Counted from the stretch's first letter, positions 1 to 11,500 are shown. The stretch: 64,000 nt of DNA from Candidatus Sulfomarinibacteraceae bacterium (GCA_963796455.1 CAWCLO010000010.1:32001-96000); one strand, 5' to 3'. Numbers and translations: made by a program. The notes: a model not told the origin generated them from the sequence alone.

Positions 1-2203
1 GGGCCGCAGTGGACGATATGTCGATCAAGACCGGTGACCGGATCATCAAGGGCGAAATCCATCGCCGGGAGAAGGCGATGGAAATCTACCGGGAAGCAGT
101 GGCGGCCGGACATCTCACCGGTCTGCTCGACCAGGAAAGGCCGAATATCTTCACCCAGAAGCTGGCCAACCTCCTGCCCGGCGAGATGGTCGAGGTCGAG
201 ATCCACTATGTGGAAACACTCCATTACACGCACGGCGACTGGCGGCTCGTCATTCCGACGGTGGTCGGTCCACGCTACATCCCCGGATCACCGGTCGGCC
301 AAAAGGGCTCCGGGTGGTCCCCTGATACCGACCAGGTGCCCGATGCCTCGCGCATCACGCCAAGGACCCTGACTCCCGGCACGGTGAGCGGCCACCACAT
401 CGACATCAAGGTGGAGCTCGAGCCCGGTTTTCCGATTGCCGATCTTTCGAGCCCCTCACACGAGGTTTTGATCAAACGGTCCGGCAGAAAACGGGCCGCG
501 GTCCGGCTGTCACCGCTCGACACCATTCCCAACAAGGATTTCGAGCTCGTCTGGCGAACCGCGGGGCCCGCGATCACCACGGCGACCGTCGCGCACAAGG
601 TAGGCGACTCGGCTATCTGACCCTCATCCTGCAACCGCCGATCGAGCCTCGCGCGGATCAGATCGTTCCACGCGAAGTGGTTTTCGTATTGGACACCTCC
701 GGTTCGATGTCCGGTGAGCCCGTCGCAGCCTGCAAACAGCTCACCCGCAAGGCCTTGAAAAAGCTCCGCGAGGGCGACACCTTCCGGCTCATTCATTTTT
801 CGAACAGCGCATCGATGTTCAGCCGGGACGCGCTTCCGGCGACACCCCAGAACATCGAGCGTGCCCTTTCATATCTCGACGGGTTGAGCGGTGGCGGCGG
901 AACCGAAATGCTCGAGGGTGTTCGCGCCGCCCTCGATGCGCCGAAAGACCCCAACCGATTGCGGATGGTCCTCTTTCTGACCGACGGCTATATCGGCAAC
1001 GAGGCACAGATTGTCGGCCGGGCGTCCTCGAGTCTCGGCGATGCCCGGATCTTTGCTCTCGGGATCGGCAAATCGGTCAATCGTTTCCTGCTCGACCGCC
1101 TGGCCGAAGCGGGCCGTGGGGTGGCCGAGTACCTCCGGCCCGGCGAATCGCCGGACAGCCTCGTCGATCGCTTTTATGAGCGCATCGCCGACCCCGTGTT
1201 CACCCAGGTCGAACTCGATTGGGGTGACCTTGATGTGGTCGACGTGGAACCGAGACAGCTCCGCGATCTGTTTGCGTCGCAACCGCTCCTGGTTCACGCG
1301 CGCTATCGATCCGGAGGACGCGGAATCGTCACCCTGTCGGGGTTCGCCGGAAGCAAACGACGCGAGATCGAGGTCGAGATCCGCCTGCCGAAAATGGAAA
1401 CGAAGAACCAGGCGCAGGCAAATCTGTGGGCGCGGGCCCGGATCGCCCGCCTCGAAATGGACAAGATGAGGACCGGAAACCAGAAAGTCCTCATCGAAGA
1501 GATCACCGAACTCGCCCTCGAGCACCGGCTGATGACGGCCTATACCTCTTTTGTTGCCGTGCTTCAGTCCGAAATCCGCGACGACGGTAAGCTGGTGACC
1601 CTCGATCAACCGGTACCGATGCCCGAAGGCGTTTCCTTCGAGCGGGTCTTCGGTGATCGAGATCAGGCGTCGAGGCAAACCCCTGGAGCCGCCTCCTTGA
1701 ATTCGGTCTCCCGCATGGCCAGCCCCAGGACCTCGAAGGCGCCGGCGGCAGCAGGATCTCCAAAATCGATGGTCGACTATGGCAGATCTGTAGCAGACGA
1801 AAACATGGTGCTCTCGGTGCCTGATCCCCTTCCACTTCGGATCCCTGGAGGTCCGGCGGATGGCGTCGCGAACTGGGAGCATAAAACCGAGGCCGTCGAG
1901 GTCACCCGACCCCGGGATTCGAATCAGAACGCCGTCTCCCAGGTCGAGATCAATCCGTCGGAGCCCGCCGAAATACCCGCACCATTCCCCGTCCAGGCGA
2001 CTGATCGACCGGCGGGGGTCGTTCCCCCGGTCGCTATCTCGAGCGATCGTGATTCCGGGCCCAACAGAGCTGTGACATCGACTGCGCAGCCCAACACGCG
2101 AGGGTGGTCCGTTGAAATCGACCTGCCACTCCTCGCCGCCAGCATGTTCCTTTTGTTGCTCACCGCCTGCGCCTGGTACATGCGCCGGGTGACGATCGTT
2201 TGA
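1..2203 (+). pseudogene. VIT + von Willebrand factor A domain protein with C-terminal TM anchor; 5' truncated by window edge, frameshifted near 610
   Basis: ORF 9..620 has VIT-type motifs (LLDQERPNIFTQKLANL, PTVVGPRY, PNKDFEL). The frame of ORF 677..2203 reads GYLTLILQPP...PREVVFVLDTSGSM (MIDAS), GGGGTEM, FLTDG. One base is missing around 605-612; could be a sequencing error. Confidence 0.8.
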
Positions 2204-2213
2204 TGACCGACTC

Positions 2214-2243
2214 GGCCCCGGGGGCCACCCCCCCGGGGCCTTT
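2214..2243. terminator. GC-rich hairpin between convergent genes
   Basis: GGCCCCGGGGG (2214-2224) pairs with CCCCCGGGGCC (2230-2240), followed by TTT. Confidence 0.55.
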
Positions 2244-2250
2244 GCCCCGG

Positions 2251-3822
2251 TTATTCCCGTCCACTCTTCCACTCGCCGACCGCTTTGGGGCGCACCGCCG
2301 GCTCCCGGTCGAGGCTTCGATAAGCAATCGCCTCGGCGAGGTGTGATGAGGCAATCGATTCGGTCTCCGCAAGATCGGCAATGGTCCGCGCCACCCTCAG
2401 GATGCGGTGGTAGGCGCGAGCCGAAAGCCCGAGGCTGCGGCTCGCGTGATCGAGCAGACGGCGCCCGTCGTCATCCGGGCTCGCCCAACGGCGTATTGCA
2501 TCCGGGCCCATCTCGCCGTTCGCACTCAAGCCCGATCCCTGATAACGATCAACCTGCAACCGCCGCGCCGCACTGACCCGCTCGGCCACCACCTCCGAAG
2601 TCTCCCCCCGTCGATCCGCCGAAAGCGCGCGCCAAGGTACCGCCGGCACGGTCACCTGCAGATCGAGACGATCGAGCAACGGGCCCGAGAGCCGCGCCCG
2701 GTAACGTTGGATGACCACCGGGGTGCAGGTGCAATCGCGCCGCTCATCCCCGAGAAAGCCGCAAGGACAGGGGTTGGCCGCGGCAATCAGTTGGAAACTC
2801 GCCGGAAAGGACAGTGTCGCCTGAGCCCGCGCAACGGTCACATGCCGATCCTCGAGCGGTTGCCGGAGCGCCTCGAGCACATCACGGCGGAATTCGGTCA
2901 GTTCGTCGAGAAAAAGCACACCATGGTGCGCCAGGGAAACCTCGCCCGGCTGGGGGCTGGCGCCGCCTCCGATCAGCGCCGCCGACGAGGTCGTATGGTG
3001 AGGAGCGCGAAAGGGCCTTCGGTCCAGCAACCCGAGCGGTCTCGGCACCCGGGTGGAGACCGAATATACGCAAGTGGTTTCCAGGGATTCCTCATCACTC
3101 ATCGGCGGTAAAACCCCGGGCAGACGACGCGCCAACATCGATTTGCCACTTCCTGGAGGCCCCATGAAGAGCAGATGGTGGCCGCCGGCAGCCGCCACCT
3201 CGAGCGCCCGTCGCGCCTGTTCCTGCCCGATCACATCGGAGAGATTGAAACACCCGGCGGCTACCGACCTGGGGTCGCGAGGGCCCCCCGCGGGCACCGG
3301 CGGATGTTCTCCATCGCGGATATACCGGACGACCTCCGCCAGTGTCGAGGCTCCGACAACCCGAATTCCACCGACCACCGAGCCTTCGCGGTAGTTGGCG
3401 GCCGGGATCACCACCTCGGCAACACCGCGATCCCGAGCGGCGAGCACCATCGGCAGGACCCCTCGAACAGGTTGGAGCCGGCCTTCCAGGGACAACTCAC
3501 CGACCAGGATTCTCCCTTCGAGCCCCTCGATGGGGAGGTCGCCGGTGGTGGCCAACAGGGCCGCCGCCATCGGCAGATCGAGGGCCGCGCCCTCTTTGCG
3601 CTCGTCGGCAGGCGCCAGATTGATGACGATATTGGCCCCTTCGGGGCGCCGGCCGAGATGGCGGATCGCCGCAAAGACCCGTTCGCGGGCTTCACGGACC
3701 GCGGTATCTGGCAGACCGACAACCACCACCGAGGGGTATTGGGAACGGATACGGTCGACCTCGACCGTTACGAACAACGCGTCCACACCGCGCGGCGTGG
3801 CAGAATACGCCTTCGCCAGCAT
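2251..3822 (-). CDS. comM: YifB/ComM family Mg-chelatase-like AAA+ ATPase
   Basis: VVGLPDTAVREARERV, NLAPAD, GPPGSGKS Walker A, PFRAPHH, GVLFLDE, ANPCPCG, LSGPLLDRLD. Confidence 0.95.
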   Translation of the reverse strand: MLAKAYSATPRGVDALFVTVEVDRIRSQYPSVVVVGLPDTAVREARERVFAAIRHLGRRPEGANIVINLAPADERKEGAALDLPMAAALLATTGDLPIEGLEGRILVGELSLEGRLQPVRGVLPMVLAARDRGVAEVVIPAANYREGSVVGGIRVVGASTLAEVVRYIRDGEHPPVPAGGPRDPRSVAAGCFNLSDVIGQEQARRALEVAAAGGHHLLFMGPPGSGKSMLARRLPGVLPPMSDEESLETTCVYSVSTRVPRPLGLLDRRPFRAPHHTTSSAALIGGGASPQPGEVSLAHHGVLFLDELTEFRRDVLEALRQPLEDRHVTVARAQATLSFPASFQLIAAANPCPCGFLGDERRDCTCTPVVIQRYRARLSGPLLDRLDLQVTVPAVPWRALSADRRGETSEVVAERVSAARRLQVDRYQGSGLSANGEMGPDAIRRWASPDDDGRRLLDHASRSLGLSARAYHRILRVARTIADLAETESIASSHLAEAIAYRSLDREPAVRPKAVGEWKSGRE

Positions 3823-3901
3823 AGTTTTCTCCCAAATTGTGAGCGTGGACAGGCACCACGATGACAGGGGAGCAGGGTGTCGTCAAGCCCCTTCGATGTC
3901 A

Positions 3902-4544
3902 GGGAAGGGGGAAAGGGAGAAAGGGAGAAAGGGAGAAGGGGAAAGGGAGAACGCATCACACGATGCTCGATACTCGATGCTGGATGCTCGATCCCGTTGC
4001 CGTTGCCGAGAAGGGAGAACCGCCGGCACTGGACTCGCATACATGCGAATACCGCCTCCCGATGTCATCCTGAGCGGAGCTACGCCGGGACAAGTCGCTC
4101 AGGATGACATCTTGCAGGATCGTTCCTTTCCCGGAAAAGGCGAACAGTACCCAAGATGGCAGAGGGCCAGAGGACCGTTCGGCTTCCTCGCTATCGCTAT
4201 CGAACGGCTGCTGTGGATACTGTTAATGGTAGGGAGAAGGGGGAAAGGGAGAATCGCCCGGCACTGGACTCGCATACATGCGAATGTCGCCTCCCGATGT
4301 CATCCTGAGCGGAGCCCCACAGCGGGCGTAGTCGAAGGATCTATGAGATGAACGGAACAACCTCAGTCCGCAGATCCTTCGACTGCGCGCCAATGGCGCT
4401 TCGCTCAGGATGACATCTTGCGGGATCGTTCCGTTCCCGGATGAGGCGAACAGTACCCAAGATGGCAGAGGGGCAGAGGGGCGGAGGACCGCTCGACGTT
4501 CTCGCTATCGCTATCGCTGTCGAACGGCTGCTGTGGATACCGTT
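3902..4544. repeat. Composite tandem duplication (~4012-4224 and ~4247-4544) containing GTCATCCTGAGC...GCTCAGGATGAC palindromes and GGGAGAAA purine tracts
   Basis: Both units share GCACTGGACTCGCATACATGCGAAT, GATGTCATCCTGAGCGGAGC, CGCTCAGGATGACATCTTGC, GGCGAACAGTACCCAAGATGGCAGAGGG and TCGAACGGCTGCTGTGGATAC. Confidence 0.9.
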
Positions 4545-4715
4545 CCCGCTCCTGCATGGAAGAACGGGAGCACCGTACCGGAAACGTTGTTCTTTATAGG
4601 GGTCCCCTGTCCCATGTCCCCGAAATCGGGAATAGAAAGCCCTCGACACTCGTATACAAGATCAAGGAACAAAACACCTCGTGGTGTTAATATGTCTCCT
4701 TACAGCTTGAAATCT

Positions 4716-5064
4716 GGGGGCGTCCAGGTTTTGACGGGGAACGGTTCCGGTTGTCGGCAGCGTGTCGAGGGTCATCCGCTCGTTAATCGGGTGAAGGCAA
4801 CTACAACTGCCGATAATAACTACGCTCTGGCTGCGTAAGTAGCCACGTCGCTCTCGAGGCTCGGCCCGTCGGTCTGAGAGGGACGAAGTTAGATGGGCTG
4901 GACCGCCGTAGCGCCCGAATACGGAGGTCGAGATTTTTCGGGCTGGCCGCGAGGAAGGTTGCCAGCTAACTGACCACGCGGTGAGATAAACTAGCCGGCT
5001 GCACACGGAGAAACCGGCGACCGGAGTTCCTCGGACGTGGGTTCGATTCCCACCGCCTCCACCA
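4716..5064 (+). ncRNA. ssrA: tmRNA; tag (A)ADNNYALAA encoded at 4809-4838
   Basis: 5' GGGGGCG pairs with 3' CGCCTCC-ACCA including a G3:U pair. T-arm GGGTTCGATTCCC. Internal ORF ends YALAA*. Confidence 0.97.
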
Positions 5065-5120
5065 GGCTTCGTTGTCAACCACTGGTTGGCAACGAAGCCT
5101 GCCACGGCGAAGCTGCAAGC

Positions 5121-5462
5121 GAAGCCGGGCACCTTCTCAGGCGTCAGCACCTGGTTGACAACTACGCCCTGGCAAGCCAACACACCGAAAACCAACAAGC
5201 GACCTGTCACGGCGTAGTCAAAGACGAAGCCGGAAGCCGGGCACCCTCTCAGGCGTCAGCACCTGGTTGACAACTACGCCCTGGCAAGCCAACACACCGA
5301 AAACCAACAAGCGACCTGTCACGGCGTAGTCAAAGACGAAGCCGGAAGCCGGGCACCCTCTCAGGCGTCAGCACCTGGTTGACAACTACGCCCTGGCAAG
5401 CCAACACACCGAAAACCAACAAGCGACCTGTCACGGCGTAGTCAAAGACGAAGCCGGAAGCC
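5121..5462. repeat. Three near-identical 112-bp tandem repeats with REP-like arms
   Basis: Units start at 5121, 5233 and 5345, with a partial unit at 5457. Each contains ACTACGCCCTGGCAAG and the near-complement CCTGTCACGGCGTAGT. Confidence 0.95.
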
Positions 5463-5720
5463 CGACAAGCCCTCCACCCTTCGCTGCGTTTCGAGCTACG
5501 CCCCGGTCAACCTTTCCACGCCCAACCAGGCCTCGAACCACCCCTCTGGCAGACTTACCGCCGCTCGGCGTACAATAGGGCCGCATTGAGGGGGATCCGG
5601 GAGTGGGTTGGAATACTCCAAGACCGGATCCATTATGTTTTATGACAATACTGGGGCATGCGCCCCGGGCAGAAGCCCGGCCACGCGGCAGGGCCGCCGG
5701 ATAGGGGTCCTCGGGATTCG

Positions 5721-7151
5721 ATGCGAAAAGCTCAAATCTTTCTTCTCATCGCGCTGACGATTGTTGTCGGCACGTCGTCCGCCCAGGAGTACAACCGCTC
5801 CGTCGAATTTCGTTTCGACGAACACGCGATCGTCGTGCCTCGATTCGGGGCCCGGGTTGAAACGGTGCCGATCCTCGAGTTGATCGGGGCCGAGGTCAAG
5901 TACTCGCTGTCGGCCGGTACCTATGGTGTGATCTACGGCGAGCACGTGGTCCAGTTCGCGGTAGATCACAAGGTGCTGCTGGTTGACGGCACGCTGCAGG
6001 AAGCGCGCGAAACACCGGTCGCGTCTCCGCAGGGCGTGGCGGTCAGTCTCGGTTACCTCGAGCGCCATATCCTGAGCCCACTCGGTTTTCACCTCGAGGC
6101 GGAAGACCGCGCCTATCGCATCCAACGCGGCGCCCGCTTTGCCGAACCGATCAACGTACGCCCGGCGGTGGCGGATTTCGGCACCACAACGACCCTTGTC
6201 CTGACCATGAATCGATTGGCGGATGTCTCGGTGGAGGAGACCTCTCCGGGCCTCATCGCCATTCGCTTCGCAGATGCCAGCCCGCAACTCGACACCGGCG
6301 TGCCGTTTCGATCGAGCCGTGTGCGCTCGTTGGCGGGCCGTGAGCAGATGATCGAAGTCAAGCTCGCCAACAACATCGGACTGCTTGCCTGGCATACCCT
6401 CGAAAGCCCACCGCGAGTGACCATCGAACTCGGACCCTCGCGGGCCACACCGACTCCGGCCCCCGTCCGCGCCCCCGTGGTGACCAGGTCCGGGCCGCGA
6501 CCGATCGTGATCGACCCCGGTCACGGCGGCGAGGATCTCGGCGCTCGATCACCCAACGGGGTTTATGAAAAAGATGTGGTGCTGGCGATCGGGAGAAGGC
6601 TGGCGCGCGTCCTCGAGAGCCGGGGCCGCTCGGTTCGGCTGACCCGCGACGGCGACCAGAGCCGCGCCCTCACCGACCGCACCGCGCTCGCAAACCGCCT
6701 CGAGGCTCCGATTTTCATCTCGCTCCACGCCAACGCTTCGACCCATTCTTCCGTGATCGGGGCCGAGACCTACTACATGAACCTCGATGGCGCCAGCGAC
6801 GAAGCGGCGGCGGCGACCGCGGACCTCGAAAACCGGGCCGGCGCTGCCAGCGGCGAACGGAGCGCCCTCGATCTCATCCTGTGGGATCTGGCGCAGGCGG
6901 AGGTGCTCAACGAGAGTGCCGCCCTGGCATTGGCGGTCCAGGTTCGCCTCAACGCGCAGCTCGGCACCCGGGACCGGGGCGTCAAACAGGCGCCTTTTGT
7001 CGTGCTGACCGGCGCCACGATGCCGGCGATCCTGGTGGAGGTCGGTTTTCTTTCCAACTCGTCCGAGGCCGGTAAACTCTCCGAGCCCGATTACCAGCAG
7101 AAACTCGCCGAAGCCCTGGCCGCCGGTATCGAGGACTTCGTGAGGCGCTGA
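5721..7151 (+). CDS. N-acetylmuramoyl-L-alanine amidase (Amidase_3) with signal peptide and AMIN-like region
   Basis: IVIDPGHGGED, EKDVVL, FISLHANAS, PAILVEVGFLSN; N-terminal signal peptide. Confidence 0.93.
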   Translation: MRKAQIFLLIALTIVVGTSSAQEYNRSVEFRFDEHAIVVPRFGARVETVPILELIGAEVKYSLSAGTYGVIYGEHVVQFAVDHKVLLVDGTLQEARETPVASPQGVAVSLGYLERHILSPLGFHLEAEDRAYRIQRGARFAEPINVRPAVADFGTTTTLVLTMNRLADVSVEETSPGLIAIRFADASPQLDTGVPFRSSRVRSLAGREQMIEVKLANNIGLLAWHTLESPPRVTIELGPSRATPTPAPVRAPVVTRSGPRPIVIDPGHGGEDLGARSPNGVYEKDVVLAIGRRLARVLESRGRSVRLTRDGDQSRALTDRTALANRLEAPIFISLHANASTHSSVIGAETYYMNLDGASDEAAAATADLENRAGAASGERSALDLILWDLAQAEVLNESAALALAVQVRLNAQLGTRDRGVKQAPFVVLTGATMPAILVEVGFLSNSSEAGKLSEPDYQQKLAEALAAGIEDFVRR

Positions 7152-7717
7152 TGAATCGGCGGATCATCCTGATCGCGATCGCGGTGGTGGCAGTGGTGGC
7201 GCTGTTGATCTGGCTGCTCACCGGAAAACCGCCGCAGCCGGTGGCGGAGCAGGTGTTGCCTGAACTGGTGCTGCCGACTCCTACACCCGCCCCGGAGCAA
7301 AGAATCATCCTGCTATTCGGCGGGTCCGATGGACTGCTCCACCCCGAGCTCCGATCGGTCCCCCTCCCCGAAGAGGTCCATGAGCGCATCAAGATCGTGA
7401 TGCACGAACTCCTTGCCGGCCCGACGAATACCAACAGACTGACCGCGGTCGTACCCTACGACGCGGTTCTCAAGGCGGTCTTTGTCGATCAAGGGGGCAC
7501 GGCCTATGTCGATATCACCCCACCACCGGTGCCCCTCACCGGATCGAGTACCGAACTCATGCTGACTTACGGAGTGGTAGATTCGATCATCCTCAACTGC
7601 CCGGAAGTTACCGCAGTCCAGATCCTCTTCGGCGGCCACGAGGTCAAGACGCTGACCGGTCACCTCGATCTTTCGCGGCCCCTGGTCCTCAACAAGAGGT
7701 TTATCGGCCAATCATGA
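7151..7717 (+). CDS. GerMN domain protein
   Basis: N-terminal TM, ELLAGP, AYVD, VQIL...TLTGHLDLSRPL; usual position between amidase and murI. Confidence 0.8.
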   Translation: MNRRIILIAIAVVAVVALLIWLLTGKPPQPVAEQVLPELVLPTPTPAPEQRIILLFGGSDGLLHPELRSVPLPEEVHERIKIVMHELLAGPTNTNRLTAVVPYDAVLKAVFVDQGGTAYVDITPPPVPLTGSSTELMLTYGVVDSIILNCPEVTAVQILFGGHEVKTLTGHLDLSRPLVLNKRFIGQS

Positions 7718-8511
7718 GCTCCGGGAAAAGACCGATCGGGATCTTCGACTCGGGGGTCGGAGGCCTCACGGTTCTCACGGCCATGCGAGAGCACATGCCG
7801 GCCGAAGATTATCTGTATCTCGGCGACACCGCTCGGCTGCCCTACGGAACCAAGACCGCCGCCACGGTCCGTCGCTACGCCCTGACCGCTGCCGAACACC
7901 TGATCAAACAGGACGTGAAGCTGCTGATCGTGGCCTGCAATACTGCATCCTCCTACGCCCTTGAGGCGCTTGCCGAGGCCTCGCCGGTCCCGGTCGTCGG
8001 AGTTGTTGAACCCGGTGCGAAAACGGCAATGCAAACCGGGGCCCGACGCGTCGGGGTGATCGGCACCGAGGGGACCATCCGCTCGGCCGCTTATCAGCAG
8101 GCCCTGTCCCGTCTCGACCCGGGGGTTTTGGTGGAGGCGGTCGCCTGCCCACTCCTGGTGCCGCTGGCGGAGGAGGGATGGGGAGACCACCCCGTGACCG
8201 ACGAGGTCGCCCGCCTGTATTTGCGGCCGCTGCAAGAATGGGGGGCTGAAATCCTGATCCTTGGATGCACCCACTACCCCCTCCTCCGTCCATCCCTACA
8301 ACGGGTCGTCGGTCCCGAGGTCATGCTGATCGATTCCGCCCAGGCTGTGGCTGCTGCGGTCATCGGCAATCACAAGGACATCGTCGATGCATCCGGCCGC
8401 GCCTCAGCGAAGGTCCACATCCAACTCACCGACGCATCGGAACGATTTCTTCGAATCACCCGGACAATTCTCGGCCGTGATCCCGAGGATCTCGAGGTCA
8501 TCGATATCTGA
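7714..8511 (+). CDS. murI: Glutamate racemase
   Basis: IGIFDSGVGGLTV, PYGTK, VACNTAS, LGCTHYP. Confidence 0.97.
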   Translation: MSSGKRPIGIFDSGVGGLTVLTAMREHMPAEDYLYLGDTARLPYGTKTAATVRRYALTAAEHLIKQDVKLLIVACNTASSYALEALAEASPVPVVGVVEPGAKTAMQTGARRVGVIGTEGTIRSAAYQQALSRLDPGVLVEAVACPLLVPLAEEGWGDHPVTDEVARLYLRPLQEWGAEILILGCTHYPLLRPSLQRVVGPEVMLIDSAQAVAAAVIGNHKDIVDASGRASAKVHIQLTDASERFLRITRTILGRDPEDLEVIDI

Positions 8512-8568
8512 ATCGGTGTCGCACAGATGATGCGGGCCGACCCGGTTCGTGCGATCATCGTCAGCACA

Positions 8569-11500
8569 ATGAGAATCTCCCAGAAAAAATCCGCTATTGC
8601 TCTGCTGGTCTTGCTCGTGGCGCTGCCGCTGGGTGCACAGTCGGACAGCTCTCAGCCCGACGTCAGCCTTCGCCAGATTCGCGAGCTCCGTGCCCAGGTC
8701 ACAAACAACGCGTCGCATGCAGAGGATTTCAGAGCTCGCGTGATCGAACTCTGCGATGTCGCAACAGGAGCTCTCGAGAGTGCACAGCGCAATCATTCCG
8801 CCGCACAGGCCTCGAATAGCGAGCGGAGCGGCATTGGGCGCGAAATGGAGGCGATCCAGCAGAGGCTGCGTCAACCCGAGCGAGTGGCAGGAATCGATCT
8901 CCCGAGCGAGGCCACGATCTACCAGGCCGAGGATGCGCTGGCTCGTGAACGATCGAGGCTGGCGGCCCACCGGACCGCGGTCACCGAACTGCAACGGAGA
9001 AGAGAAGACCGCGCGGCGGCTCGAAACGACGCCTCACAACGTCACGGTCTGCTCGATCAGGAAATTGAATTGCTCAACGCAGAGCTTCGGTTGCAGGCCC
9101 AGAGCGACGCCCATCCTGACCTCAAGAAAGCTGTTCGTCTCAACCTGCTCGCGCGAAGAGAAGCGGCCCAAAGCGAAATCGAAAAGCTTGGTGCCCTGCT
9201 CGATCTGCTCGAAGAACGCGGAGCGCTGCTGCCCCTCGAGATCGACCTCGCTCAGCGGCGGGTCGCGACTTCCGAAGAGTCGGTTCATCTCCTCGAACAA
9301 GCCGCCCAGACGATTCGGCTGGAAGCGGCCGCGGCAGAGCTTGGACGTGTTCGCACACTGAGTGACTCGATCACGAAGGCGGCACCAGAATTCGCCGGAA
9401 TTGCGGCCGAGACGGTGAAGATCGCTGAAGTCCTCCTTGGTGCGGATGGGGTCACGGCGAGATCCGAAAAAACCTCGAGAGACATTGCCACCCTGCAGAA
9501 GAACCTTGTCGAACTCAACCGGATCGCGGAGCTGACGCAGCGCAAATTCGAGGCCTTCGGAAATCGCGGCAGCATCGGACGATGGTGGCCGACCTTCCCC
9601 CCCGACTTTCCAGAACCGGGTTCAGTGGCCAAAAAGATCACTTACCTCGATGGCGAAATCCCGGAGGTCGAACACCAACTCATTTCATACGAACAGCAGC
9701 GCTCTGAGTCGCGAACCCTCGCGCGCGCGTCCCTGCTGAAGTTGCAAACCACCTACGGCGACGAACTCGACCCGAAACTCATAGCTATGGTCCGCGAGTT
9801 GTTTCAAGTTCGACAAGACCTGCTCGACGACATGATTCGATTTGGTGCCAGATACTCGACCCAACTTTCTGAACAACGGACCCTTGCCGCCACTTTTCAC
9901 CGACGACTCGAGCGGGCCGAAAAGTTTCTCTATGCACACGTTCTGTGGTCACGCAGTGTTCCAAAACCGATCGTCCCGCGTCTGAAAGATATTGCCGACA
10001 GCATCCGATGGCTGGCGTCCACCGACCACCTCAGATCGCTGAATGTGGTTGGCGCCAAACTCAAGGGCCGCGGCCTCGTGATGATGCTCATTCTGGTGTT
10101 GATCATTTTGCTTCGCCGACCGATCAAACGTCGCCTGAGCGACCTTGCAGACCAAACAATGGAACCGGAACAGGATTCGCTTCGACTCACCATCGAAACC
10201 CTTTTCTTCACCGTGGTTTTGGCCGTGCCGCTCCCTCTGGCAATTAATGGCGCAGCCGATTTCGCGCAGCGCTTTGGTGATTCGACATTCTGGATATCGG
10301 CAGCGGAAGCTCTGCCCATCATCGCAATGACTGCCGCATTCCTCGAATTGACACGACAACTCTTTGCGCCGCGGGGTCTGGCCGAAGCTCATTTCGGGTG
10401 GCCGACTCTGGCCACACAGACACTCCATCGCGGGCTGCGATGGACCGAAGCAATCGGCCTGCCCCTGCTCTTTGTTGCCGTTCTCCTGGTCTTTGCCGGA
10501 GTGCGATTCGATAGTACGCCCGACCTCCAGGTCTACAACAACTCACTTGGTCGGTTGGCCTTCATCGCGGCGATGACAGTCCTGGGCTTGTCCATTCTTG
10601 CCATCCTCCGTCCGGTGAGAAGAAGCGAACGGGGCAAGCGGGACGTCAGGGTTCCGTGGCCTCGGCGGTTTTCGGAATACGCCTTTCCGACGGCCTTTCT
10701 CGGCGCCTATCCGATGGTCGTCATCGCCACTCTCGTACCGGCGATGCTGGCGGTCTTCGGTTTCTACATCTCCGCTGTACTCCTCGCCTATCAGATGCTG
10801 CGAACCCTTTGGCTGGTGTTGGTCCTGTTGATCGCCGGCGGGCTGATTTATCGCTGGCGGGTGGTGAATCGGCAACGGACCCTGACCGAACTGGAAGAAG
10901 GCGACGAAGTTGCGAAGCGAATGAAAACCGTTGAAGAGTCGGAACGGCAGGTCGGACAACTCTTTCGCTTCACAGTCATCGCCGTTGTGACCTTTGGCCT
11001 TTTCTCGATCTGGAGTGACGCCCTTCCGATGCTTCAGATCTTCAAGCGTGTACAAATTCTTCCGCACATCGAATTGCTCGCGGCAACGGAAGAGCCGGCA
11101 TCTGTATTTGACACCGCCGATCAGGAGACTGCAAAAGCCGATCCGCCATCCGCGGTCATCACCGACCCGGCTACACCCGCGACCCAAGCTCAACCGCCAT
11201 TGACCCTTTGGAATCTCTTCAAGGCGCTCATAGCCGCCGCCTTCACATTCGCGTTGGTCAAGAACCTTCCGGCGGTGATCGAGATTATCCTCCGGCGCAG
11301 GACGAATCTCGATGGCGGCGCGAGGTTCGCCTTCAGCACCCTTGTTCGTTACACCATTACGATCGTCGGTTTGATACTGGTCTTCGGTCTGCTCGGAATC
11401 ACCTGGGGCCGAGTTCAATGGCTGGCCGCCGCTTTGACATTCGGTCTGGGCTTCGGCTTACAGGAAATCGTCGCCAACTTTGTCTCCGGTCTCATCCTGT

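Noticed and set aside
3395..4351. 318-aa ORF spanning the comM start and the repeats
   Set aside because: It is antisense to comM and then runs through low-complexity repeats; no protein-like features.
4410..4838. 142-aa ORF ending NYALAA as a protein gene
   Set aside because: It is the tmRNA tag frame extended upstream through repeats.
5121..5462. CRISPR array
   Set aside because: Units are 112-bp near-identical tandem copies with no unique spacers, and there are no cas genes.
5054..5480. Prophage or island integrated at the ssrA 3' end
   Set aside because: No integrase, and only an 8-bp CCTCCACC echo near 5471, too short for an att site.
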